From Eledone cirrhosa (lineage: Eukaryota): a stretch of 64,000 bases of DNA. The translations under genes and the position numbers were made by a program. Positions 24,818 through 39,323 of the stretch are shown one piece after another. Position 1 is the first letter of the stretch. Each line of letters starts with the position of its first letter. The notes under the pieces were generated by a model. That model saw only the letters and a list, made by a program, of their open reading frames with translations, had not been told where the DNA came from and made no database searches. The stretch is from the NCBI GenBank assembly GCA_964016885.1, contig OZ024743.1, forward strand, positions 162,812,001 to 162,876,000. The letters run 5' to 3'.

Positions 24818-26584
24818 TCATCATCGTTTAACGTCCATGTTCCACGCTTGCATGGGTTTGGAAGGGGGTTTTCCCACTTGAGGCAAGAGTGGTTGTCTTG
24901 CTCGCATAGGACTGTCTGGCGGGTTTTCTACAGTTGGATGCCCTTCCTAACACCAACCACATTTACAGTGTGGGGCTGGGAGGTTTTTACCGTGTTGCCT
25001 ACACGGCCACATTACAGCGTGGACTGTCTGGCGGGTTTTCTACAGCTGGATGCCCTTCCTAACACCAACCACATTTACAATGTGGGGCTGGGAGGTTTTT
25101 ACCATGTTGCCTACACGGCCACATTTACAGCGTGGACTGTGTGTTTTTTGTCGTGACACCTACACGATCTCATTTGTTTCGGCCTGGATGTTGTGGGACC
25201 AACATAACTTTACATTGAAAGGGGCGGTGTGGGTGGGGTGGAGGTGGTGGGACGGGGGTGTGTTTTGATAGAGATGCCTACTGACTGTAGTAGGTTTTTA
25301 CTTTGTATTTAGGTAAGGCGGGTCTTCTCTATTACTGAGTACCGCCAAAGGTCTCGGTCCAGTGACATTGTCTTGGAGAGGTGTAAGCGTGTGAGGTCAG
25401 AATTTATCAGCTCGTCCCATGTTTTTCTGGGTCTGCCTACTCCGTGGCTACCGTCTATCTTTATTGCCCTGCACTTTGTTATACAGCTGTCGTCTTTCAT
25501 GCGCATCACGTGACCGTACCAACGTAGCCTTCTCTCGAGTAAACAACATCTGATCCCTCTTATTTCTAATTTTTTCCTTAGTTCGTTTATGCTTTGCCGT
25601 TCACGTATATTACTATTGCACATCCAGCGGAGCATGCAAGCTTCGTTCCTCTCTAGTCTGCGTATATCCTCTGCACACAATGCCCAGGTCTCACTGCCAT
25701 GCAGCATTGCTGTTCGTATGCAGGCATCGTATAACCTGCCTTTCATTTTTAGGGAGAACCCTCTAGCGGCTAATAGTGGTATAAGCTCTCTGAACTTTTT
25801 CCATCCAGTTCTGACTCTAGCTACTGTACTTTCAGAGCACCCTCCCCCACTGCTGATTTTGTCACCCAGATAACGGAAGCTGTCCACTATTTCTATAGAA
25901 CCCTCTGCGCAGTTGAAGGAGCTAGTATTTTGTGGGCACTTGCTGCTACTTATTGCACCAGAGCACCGGCCACATGTAAAATCTATGTTCTTAGTTAGCT
26001 TACCTGTGATCCCACTACATCTTTTATGCACCCATACTTTGCATTTGGGACATAAAATGGAGTTTCTACCTACGCCTTTCCTACACACTGAGCATGGCCA
26101 TTTCCCAGATGGGACCGCCGCCTTATTTTCTTTCCTACAAACTAGAACTTTAGTCTTAGCCAGGTTAATTTTAAGTCCTTTTGATTCTAGGCCGTGCTTC
26201 CATGTTTGGAATTTCTTCTCTAGTTCGGTCATTGATTCAGCTATGAGCGTTAGATCATCTGCGTATAGGAGTTCCCATGGGCAGCCGGTCTTGAACTCCT
26301 CTGTTATAGAACAGAGCCCTGATGGACGCCAACTTTTACGCTAAACTCTTCACTATATTCGTTGTTAATTCTAACCTTACTGACTGTTTCTTTATACATG
26401 GCTTGTATAGCTCTCACAAGCCATTCGTCAACACCTAGTTTTCTAAGAGCCCACCAGATAATGGAACGGGGGACTCTGTCGAAGGCTTTCTCCAAGTCGA
26501 CAAAAGCTAAGTATAGGGGTTTACTTTTAGCTAGGTACTTCTCCTGTAGTTGTCGTACAATGAAAAGAGCGTCTGTGGTACTTT
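24818..26584 (-). mobile_element. RTE LINE subfamily A, 5'-truncated
   Basis: ORF 25309-26232; ~34-bp deletion near 26308; ~112-bp tandem duplication in the 3' UTR (~24909-25135). Confidence 0.92.
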
Positions 26585-27614
<1,030 letters not shown>

Positions 27615-30300
27615 TAAACACAAAAGCCTTCCCTAGTGAGGAATGTACATCCCAACATAGCTTAGTTGTCAGTGACCTCACGGTCAGAACTAGACGAGCC
27701 CTGAAACAGAGGCCAACCTGGAGAAGAAAGATCTGGAAGCTGAAAGTCCCCTCAACCAGTAACAGATTTAAAGATATTTTACTCAACGCCTACGACAGTA
27801 AAGAAGAACAGATAGAGACATTTAACGTAGAAGAGAACTGGGAGTTCCTAAAAAATAACTTACTAGAGGCGACGGATGAGGTTTGTGGCTGGAGTAAGAC
27901 CTCAAGCAGGAGGAGAGTGACTTGGTGGTGGAACAATAAGGTAGATGAAGCAGTCAAGGCCAAGAGACAGGCATGGAAAGAATGGAAGAACGGGGGGAGC
28001 AGGGTACATTACATAGAGACCAAGAGGGAAGCTAGGCGACAAGTATACTTAGCTAGGAGGGAAGCAGAGGATAGAAAATTCAAGCATGTTTTACAACGTG
28101 AGGACCAGAAACAGGAGGTATTCAAGATTGCGAGGCAGTGTGTCAGAGATAGTTGTGATGTCATTGGAGAGAAGTGTATCCGGAATGATAAAGGTGAGCT
28201 TGCCCTCACAAGTGCTGAGAAGAAAGATGCATGGAAGAGTCATTATGATAGATTACTAAATGAGGAGAATGCATGGGAAGAAGAGACCCTACCCCACGTA
28301 GACCCTATAGAGGGACCAGCAGTACAAGTCAGCGGCAGCGTAGTAAGTAAGGCAATCAGAGATATGAAGATAGGGAAGGCAACCGGTCCATCGGGTATAG
28401 CTGCCGAGATGCTGAAGGCATCTGGGTCTGTAGGTCACACTATAACCACACGTATCGTTAACCAGGTAATACTAGAGGGGGCCATACCAAAAGATTGGTG
28501 CAGTAGCATCATTGTCAACTGCTACAAAGGTAAAGGCGATGCACTAGATAGAGGAAACTATAGAGGTATAAAGTTGATGGACCAGGTCATGAAAGTAACA
28601 GAAAGAGTTATAGCACAGCTGATTAGGGACCGGGTGAATATAGACGAGATGCAATTTGGGTTTGTACCAGGGAAAGGCACCACTGATGCGCTCTTCCTTG
28701 TGAGGCAATTACAGGAAAAGTACCTAGCTAAAAGTAAGCCACTCTACTTGGCATTTGTCGACCTTGAGAAAGCCTTTGACAGAGTTCCACGTGCAGTAAT
28801 CTGGTGGGCTCTTAGAAAACTAGGAGTAGATGAATGGCTTGTGAAAGCGGTACAAGCCATGTATAGGGGAGCAGTCAGCAAAGTTAGGATTGGCAATGAG
28901 TATAGCGAGGAATTTAGCGTACAGGTTGGGGTCCACCAGGGCTCTGTTCTTAGCCCTCTCCTGTTCATCATAGTCCTGCAGGCAATAACGGAGGAGTTTA
29001 AGACCGGATGCCCATGGGAACTCCTGTATGCTGATGACCTCGCACTCATAGCTGAATCTATGGTAGAACTAGAGAATAAATTCCAAACCTGGAAGCAGGG
29101 ACTAGAGAGAAAGAGCCTCAAAGTCAACATGACAAAGACTAAGGTCCTTATAAGTAGACGAGAAAACAGAACCCAGATCCCCTCAGGGAAATGGCCTTGC
29201 TCAGTATGTAGGAAAGGTGTAGGTAGGAACTCCATTCTTTGCCCCAAATGCAAACAATGGGTACACAAGAGATGTAGCGGGATCTCAGGAAGCTTAATTA
29301 AGAATGTAGGATTCACATGCAGCAGCTGTGCTGAAACAGCAAGCAAACAGCCACAGGAAACAAGTACCACCAATCTCTGGGAGGGCCCTGTAGAAACAGT
29401 AGACAGCTTCTGCTACCTAGGTGACCGAATTAGCAACGGAGGTGGGTGCTCAGAAAGTACAATAACTAGGGTAAGAACGGGATGGAAGAAGTTTAGGGAA
29501 CTACTACCACTGCTAGCTGCAAAAGGCTTCTCCCTCAGAATGAAAGGCAGACTGTATGATGCGTGTATCCGAACAGCGATGTTGCATGGTAGTGAGACCT
29601 GGGCGCTGAAGGTGGAAGACTTACGTAGATTAGAGAGAAACGAAGCCTGCATGCTCCGATGGATGTGTAACAGTAATATACGTGAACGACAAAGCATAAA
29701 TGAATTGAGAGAGAGACTGAGCATAAGAGGAATCAAATGCTGCGTGCAGGAGAGGCGGTTACGCTGGTATGGACATGTGATGCGTATGAAGGATGACAGC
29801 TGCATAAAAAGGTGCAGAGCACTAGAAGTTGATGGAAACCGCGGAGTGGGGAGACCCAAGATGACTTGGGATGAGGTGATAAAAGCCGACCTTACCCAAC
29901 TACACCTCTCAAAGTCAATGACACACGACCGTGACTTCTGGCGTCACGCAGTAATACAGGGTACCCGACCTCCCATGGGTACATGCTGAAGCATATAAAC
30001 AATATGCCCCCCCCCCCCCCCCCCACCGCAAGGTGGTCGTGGAGGTGCCACGGCAAAAAAGCACCCAGCCCACACTGTAAAGTGGACGTGTAGGCGCCAC
30101 GAAAAAGCACCCAGCACTCACTGTAAATGAGGTTGGTGTTAGGAAGGGCATCCAGCTGTAGAAATCAAGCCAGATCAGTTCCTGTATGAGCAAGGCATGG
30201 TCAGCCGACCAGACACTGCCCACAACAGGACAACCCGTCTAACCCATGCTAGCGTGGAAGAACGGACGTAAAACGGTGATGATGATGATGATGATGATGA
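27615..30300 (+). mobile_element. RTE LINE subfamily B, 5'-truncated, remaining ORF open
   Basis: ORF open to 29989 and nearly identical to 39633-42006; (GAT)n tail. Confidence 0.95.
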
Positions 30301-30302
30301 TT

Positions 30303-32448
30303 AAACAGGAGGTATTCAAGATTGCGAGGCAGTGTGTCAGAGATAGTTGTGATGTCATTGGAGAGAAGTGTATCCGGAATGATAAAGGTGAGCTTGCCCT
30401 CACAAGTGCTGAGAAGAAAGATGCATGGAAGAGTCATTATGATAGATTACTAAATGAGGAGAATGCATGGGAAGAAGAGACCCTACCCCACGTAGACCCT
30501 ATAGAGGGACCAGCAGTACAAGTCAGCGGCAGTGTAGTAAGTAAGGCAATCAGAGATATGAAGATAGGGAAGGCAACCGGTCCATCGGGTATAGCTGCCG
30601 AGATGCTGAAGGCATCTGGGTCTGTAGGTCACACTATAACCACACGTATCGTTAACCAGGTAATACTAGAGGGGGCCATACCAAAAGATTGGTGCAGTAG
30701 CATCATTGTCAACTGCTACAAAGGTAAAGGCGATGCACTAGATAGAGGAAACTATAGAGGTATAAAGTTGATGGACCAGGTCATGAAAGTAACAGAAAGA
30801 GTTATAGCACAGCTGATTAGGGACCGGGTGAATATAGACGAGATGCAATTTGGGTTTGTACCAGGGAAAGGCACCACTGATGCCCTCTTCCTTGTGAGGC
30901 AATTACAGGAAAAGTACCTAGCTAAAAGTAAGCCACTCTACTTGGCATTTGTCGACCTTGAGAAAGCCTTTGACAGAGTTCCACGTGCTGTAATCTGGTG
31001 GGCTCTTAGAAAACTAGGAGTAGATGAATGGCTTGTGAAAGCGGTACAAGCCATGTATAGGGGAGCAGTCAGCAAAGTTAGGATTAGCAATGAGTATAGC
31101 GAGGAATTTAGCGTACAGGTTGGGGTCCACCAGGGCTCTGGTCTTAGCCCTCTCCTGTTCATCATAGTCCTGCAGGCAATAACGGAGGAGTTTAAGACCG
31201 GATGCCCATGGGAACGCCTGTATGCTGATGACCTCGCACTCATAGCTGAATCTATGGTAGAACTAGAGAATAAATTCCAAACCTGGAAGCAGGGACTAGA
31301 GAGAAAGGGCCTCAAAGTCAACGAGAAAACAGAACCCAGATCCCCTCAGGGAAATGGCCTTGCTCAGTATGTAGGAAAGGTGTAGGTAGGAACTCCATTC
31401 TCTGCCCCAAATGCAAACAATGGGTACACAAGAGATGTAGCGGGATCTCAGGAAGCTTAATTAAGAATGTAGGATTCACATGCAGCAGCTGTGCTGAAAC
31501 AGCAAGCAAACAGCCACAGGAAACAAGTACCACCAATCTCTGGGAGGGCCCTGTAGAAACAGTAGACAGCTTCTGCTACCTAGGTGACCGAATTAGCAAC
31601 GGAGGTGGGTGCTCAGAAAGTACAATAACTAGGGTAAGAACGGGATGGATGAAGTTTAGGGAACTACTACCACTGCTAGCTGCAAAAGGCTTCTCCCTCA
31701 GAATGAAAGGCAGACTGTATGATGCGTGTATCCGAACAGCGATGTTGCATGGTAGTGAGACCTGGGCGCTGAAGGTGGAAGACTTACATAGATTAGAGAG
31801 AAACGAAGCCTGCATGCTCCGATGGATGTGTAACAGTAATATACGTGAACGACAAAGCATAAAGGAATTGAGAGAGAGACTGAGCATAAGAGGAATCAAA
31901 TGCTGCGTGCAGGAGAGGCGGTTACGCTGGTATGGACATGTGATGCGTATGAAGGATGACAGCTGCATAAAAAGGTGCAGAGCACTAGAAGTTGATGGAA
32001 ACCGCGGAGTGGGGAGACCCAAGATGACTTGGGATGAGGTGATAAAAGCCGACCTTACCCAACTACACCTCTCGAAGTCAATGACACACGACCGTGACTT
32101 CTGGCGTCACGCAGTAATACAGGGTACCCGACCTCCCATGGGTACATGCTGAAGCATATAAACAATATGCCCCCACTCCCCCCACTGCAAGGTGGTCGTG
32201 GAGGTGCCACGGCAAAAAAGCACCCAGCCCACACTGTAAAGTGGACGTGTAGGCGCCACGAAAAAGCACCCAGCACTCACTGTAAATGAGGTTGGTGTTA
32301 GGAAGGGCATCCAGCTGTAGAAATCAAGCCAGATCAGTTCCTGTATGAGCAAGGCATGGTCAGCCGACCAGACACTGCCCACAACAGGACAACCCGTCTA
32401 ACCCATGCTAGCGTGGAAGAACGGACGTAAAACGGTGATGATGATGAT
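30303..32448 (+). mobile_element. RTE LINE subfamily B, tandem second copy, 5'-truncated
   Basis: Starts right after the previous (GAT)n tail; ~31-bp deletion near 31323 frameshifts the RT. Confidence 0.95.
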
Positions 32449-32463
32449 ATATATGTATATATG

Positions 32464-32498
<35 letters not shown>

Positions 32499-32559
32499 AT
32501 ATATATGTATATATATATGTATATATATATGTATATATATATATATGTATATATATATG

Positions 32560-32590
<31 letters not shown>

Positions 32591-32889
32591 GTATATATAT
32601 ATGTATATATATATATATGTATATATATATATGTATATATATATGTATATATATATGTATATATGTATATATATATGTATATGTATATATGTATATGTAT
32701 ATATATATGTATATGTGTATATATATATGTATATATGTATATATGTATGTATATATATATGTATATATGTATATATATATGTATATGTATATATGTATAT
32801 GTATATATGTATATATATATGTATATGTGTATATATATATGTATATATGTATATATGTATATATATGTATATATGTATATATATATATG

Positions 32890-32926
<37 letters not shown>

Positions 32927-33031
32927 GTATATATATATGTATATATATATATATGTATATATGTATATATATATATATATATGTATGTATATATATGTAT
33001 ATATGTATATATATATGTATATATATATGTA
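32449..33031. repeat. (TATATG)n microsatellite
   Basis: Direct reading. Confidence 0.95.
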
Positions 33032-33648
33032 TTGTGTCTTTACCCTTTCTAGCAGTCTCTCTCTCTCTCTCTGTTTGCCTCTTCCTCACCTTCCACTCAA
33101 TCACTCTCTGTCACTACCTCTCCTCCTCCCTTTTCTTCCTGTTTCACCTGTCCGTAATCCTTTGCTCGCGGGCACTTGGCCAAGCCGGTCTGAATTTTTT
33201 TTCTCTCTCTCTCGTCTGCGACTTCACAGAACTTATGTTTACCGAATTCGCAGACCAGACCCCTTCTTCCCCCCGTTAGACCTGTGCGAAATTCCTTCCT
33301 TGCTCACATTTCAACCAGGTTTGATGGTCTTTATTCTCTCGTTCACGATTCCACCGAATTTATATTCATAGAAATCTGGGACTTGTTTCCTTCTTCATCA
33401 CTTTCTGTTGCTTAAGCTATTTTGTTTGTTTACCCTCGCGTCCCCTTTATTTACGTGTCCCAACGACTTTTTTTAGCCGTTGCTCGCACCAACCTGAGGT
33501 ATATGGCCTTTAATGCGACGAAATGCCTACGACGGTTGGAAGGCCACTGATGAGGACAAACGTTTTCATATATATGTATATATATATATATGTACATATA
33601 TATATGTATATATATATATGTATATATATATATGTATATATATATATG

Positions 33649-33680
<32 letters not shown>

Positions 33681-33932
33681 CATATGTATATATATATGTA
33701 TATATATATGTATATATATATATATATAGTAGAATAATCGAGAATCGGAATATCAGCCCACGAAATCACGATAAACAATATCCGATATATGTGGCAGAGG
33801 GCTCAATAATTTGGAAAAATCAGAGCTATAACTATTGTTAAAATACCAACACATAGAGGTCATGCCTAAAATCACCCGTGCAGCCGAAAATAAACGACCA
33901 GGAAGATTCGGGTCACTCAAATAAAATATCAA

Positions 33933-35420
<1,488 letters not shown>

Positions 35421-36030
35421 TGTCAGGTCACCAGTTGGTGTTACTGGTAACATGTATCCCAGTACAACCTGTCTCATGGTTGGGTCGTTGGCGACTAAAC
35501 TGGCAACCCCACCAAGGTTTCTTGGTGAGGAAGGTGACTTTGGACATCCTGCAGGACTAAAAACAAAACCTGTCAAAGGGCAAAGGAGCTCTTAAGAGTG
35601 AATGGCCATCCAAAATCACTGGGAGAGATGACCCCTTAGTCTTTGTCAAGGCAGAATTCTAGGAGAAGGAAAACTCTGATATAACACCTGCAACCCTGAT
35701 GGTATCCAATGATGTTGACTTGTTCTTCTTTTTGGTAAATATCGTCTTGGTTAAGAGAGTGGAACTGGCTTTGTGCAGTGCCTTTGCTCACTATAAAAGC
35801 TTCACCGCACAGGCATTGCTTTATATCTGGAGATCTCTCTGCACTTGTCGTCACATGGTACCATGGGCCCAGCACTATGTGTCAATAATTGTCACAGGTG
35901 TAGTGTTTGTACCAGAGTTTTCAAGTCGCTGGCTGGACTAAAAAGTCACACTCGTTCAGCGCATCGGTAGGGGTTCTCCTACATGGATATAAAGTAGTGG
36001 CCGTACTCGAAAACGAGTTGGCAGCCACCA
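35421..36030 (+). mobile_element. Probable isolated 5' UTR of an RTE-type LINE
   Basis: Contains AAGGCAGAATTCTAGGAGAAGGAAAACTCTGA and ACTGGCAACCCC motifs recalled from RTE 5' UTRs; no ORF support. Confidence 0.4.
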
Positions 36031-36246
36031 TGTGTATATAAAGATGTATGTGTGTATATATAGATGTATGTGTGTATATATGGATGTATATGTATATATG
36101 GATGTATGTGTATATATAGATGTATGTGTGTGTATATAAAGATGTATATGTATATAAAGATGTATATGTATATATAGATCTATGTGTATATATAGATGTA
36201 TACGTATATATGAATGTATATGTATATATATATGTAAATGAAGTGA

Positions 36247-36375
36247 AGGCGTGTGGCTGAGTGGTTAGAGAATTGGATTCGCAATCATAAGGTTGTGAGT
36301 TCGATTCCTGGACCAGGCGATGTGTTATGTCCTTGGGCAAGACACTTTATTTCACGTTGCTCCTTCTACCTGGAG
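36247..36375 (+). mobile_element. tRNA-derived SINE head and core fragment
   Basis: A box TGGCTGAGTGG, B box GAGTTCGATTC, core CCTTGGGCAAGACACTTTA. Confidence 0.8.
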
Positions 36376-36781
36376 TTGCGACCGATAGATAGTATTAGCA
36401 ATTGGAAAGACCAACGGAAACATTGTTCCCTCGGTCCGATTTGACGAAAGTCGATCGTTCCTATATATATGTAAATATATATGTATGTAAATATATGTTT
36501 GTATATATGTATATGTTTATTTCGTATTCGCCTCATTCGGGAAACCTCTGGTAATGAGGTAATTATATTGTATTGATTTTATACATTAAATTTTGCTCTG
36601 ATATTTACATAGAGCACTCTTCATTTCTATGACCTTTTCTGTTTCCAACTGAAATTTCAATACTTATAAAGCTCCCAAGGGAATGATCGTAGCATATTCT
36701 ACATCGTTATGAGATTGGCACCTTCCAGCCCTTTTTAAGTCGAGCACTCTTCAGTCATAGGATTTTAAACCAATACCAAAT

Positions 36782-38903
36782 ATGGACAAATACCCTTTGG
36801 ACTACTCTGTAAAGAATATCCCAACACCTTCTAACACTCTCTACACGAAAATACTGATAGACAAAGTAGAGAAGGTTGTTAAAAGAATGAGATGGAAAGC
36901 TTTGATTCTCGATGGTCAATTTAACACGGATTCTACGGAATATTTTGACATCAAAACTCACAAATACCCGCAAAGAGTAAAAGATATGACCGCCTTTGAA
37001 TTAGATCTAGTTAACCTTATCAACAACATCAATTTTCGTAAGTACTCTAACCCCTTTCAATCCAAATTATCTAATGATATTTCTACTTTCAAATCTTCTA
37101 ATAATAAGTTCATCTTCTCAGATAAAACTAAAAACCTATATGAAGTTAATAATAATTTACACGACCAACTATTAATAGATAATATCACCTCTAAATACCA
37201 AATAGCTAATATAAATACGTACCATAATATAAATAAGGAAGCTAAAGAATTAGCTTTTTCTTTAAAAATAGATAATAGGACAAAAACTTGCTAAACGTTC
37301 TGCGTATATCACCCTTAAAGATCATAAACCTGACTTTATTAATCGCCCTAGTTGTAGATTAATCAACCCTGCTCTTGCCAGTAAAAAAATTTTAAATAAA
37401 TTAAATACACACATTAGAAGTAAGTCTAAATTACTCCAATGGATAAATAGCTCTTCCGTAGTACATTGGTTTAATAATATTAAAAACAAAATTAGTTCTA
37501 GATTCACCCAATTCGATATCGTAGATTTCTACCCATCTATTACTCAGACCCTTTTAGTGAAAGCTTTAAATTTCGCTAGAGGGTTCACTAATATCTCCGA
37601 TATTGAAGAGGATGTAATCTTGCATGCTAGGAACACTCTACTTTTTAATGATAATGACACTTGGGTAAAAATATCTAACCCAGAGAACCCATTCGATGTC
37701 TCAATGGGCTCTTATGACAGTGCCGAGGTTTGTGATCTGGTCGGCCTATTTCTCTTACATACACTTAAAGAAAAATTTCCTAACCATATTTTTGGGCTTT
37801 ATCGCGATGATGGTCTAATACTTTCCCATACCACCATAGGCCATAACTTAGATAGATTAAGGAAAGACTTAATAAAAACCTTTGCTAGTTTTAATCTTAA
37901 AATTACTATTGATACTAATCTTTCCAACGTAGATTTCCTAGATATAAACTTAGATTTGCCTACTGCTTCTTATAAACCATACCATAAACCTAATGAAAAC
38001 TTAAAATATATAAATAAAGGATCTTGCCATCCACCTATAGTTTTTAAAAACCTTATCCCTAATATTAGCCGAAGGATCTCCACCCTCTCTTCATCAGAAG
38101 CTATTTTCAATAAGGCATCCCCCTACTATAATAAAGCCCTCCAAAATAGCGGCTTTAGCGAACCAATTAAATACATACCTAACTACACTAACTCTATTAA
38201 ACATAAAAATAAGAAAAGAAAAATAATCTGGTTCACACCCCCCTACTCTCTAGCAGTTAAAACTAATGTAGGCAAAAAATTCCTAGAACTCCTAGATAAA
38301 CATTTCCCTAGAACACATAGATACTATAAGATCTTTAACAGAAACTGTGTTAAAATTAGCTATTCCTGCGGTCCCCCTATTAAGTCCTATATCCTCAACA
38401 AAACATCACCTAGAGAAAATCAAACTTGCTCCTGTAGAATCAAAAGTGAATGCCCATTACAAGGTAAATGCAACACCAAAGCCATTGTATATGCGGCTAA
38501 TGTGACAACTATCAGCAACAACCATCCAGTCACCAGTGAACGATATGTGGGTATGACGCAAGACAAATTCAAAACGCGTTATTACTCACATGTCGCATCC
38601 TTTCGACATCCAGAAAAAAGATTTACAACAGCTCTGGCTAGCAGAATCTGGGATTTGAAAGACCAAGGCATCCAATATAAACTAGATTGGTCAATTTTGA
38701 ACCAATCTAAAAAATATGCTAGAGGAACAAGAAAATGCACGCTCTGCATAAATGAAAAATTTTGGATATTGCAAAATCTCAAATCGCCAAAGACCTGCCT
38801 GAACACAAAGACGGAAATTTTTACCAGTTGCCCACACATGAAATCACACCTGCTTTCCAGCTCATATAAACTTAACACACTTTCAGACACTTATCCTCCA
38901 TAA
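36782..38903 (+). pseudogene. Penelope-like RT + GIY-YIG endonuclease with one frameshift near 37290
   Basis: KRMRWKA, SDKT, TLKDHK..CRLINP, FDIVDFYPSI, MGS, YRDDG, FLDI, CSCRIKSECPLQGKC, IVY..YVG, CTLC, CPH. Confidence 0.9.
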
Positions 38904-39266
38904 ACTCTGATTATTCTCTTTTTAATTACCCTTTCTGACTTACTTTCATTCTTATCCTTGTCAATAATTTCATTTATTTTCACTTTTATTTATTTTTTTA
39001 TTTATTTTTACTTCACCCCCCCCCCCCCCTTTATTCTCCGATCCACTTCCTATTTTCTATTTTTTACTTCCCTTGTTCCTCTACTAACTGATTATACTTG
39101 TCTTTTGTGTTTTTCAATCCAGATATATTTTTCATTTTTATTTTTATTTTATTTTTGCGCAGCCTATCCTACAATTTTATATTTGTATTTATTTATCCAC
39201 ATTTCAATATGGCTGAACGCCTTAATGTGTGTATACTTTTTTTACATATGTACATGAGTGACTACG

Positions 39267-39320
<54 letters not shown>

Positions 39321-39323
<3 letters not shown>

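Noticed and set aside
36247-36320. tRNA gene (also the heads ending at 1676 and 60688)
   Set aside because: A/B boxes run into a SINE core; no complete cloverleaf or terminator
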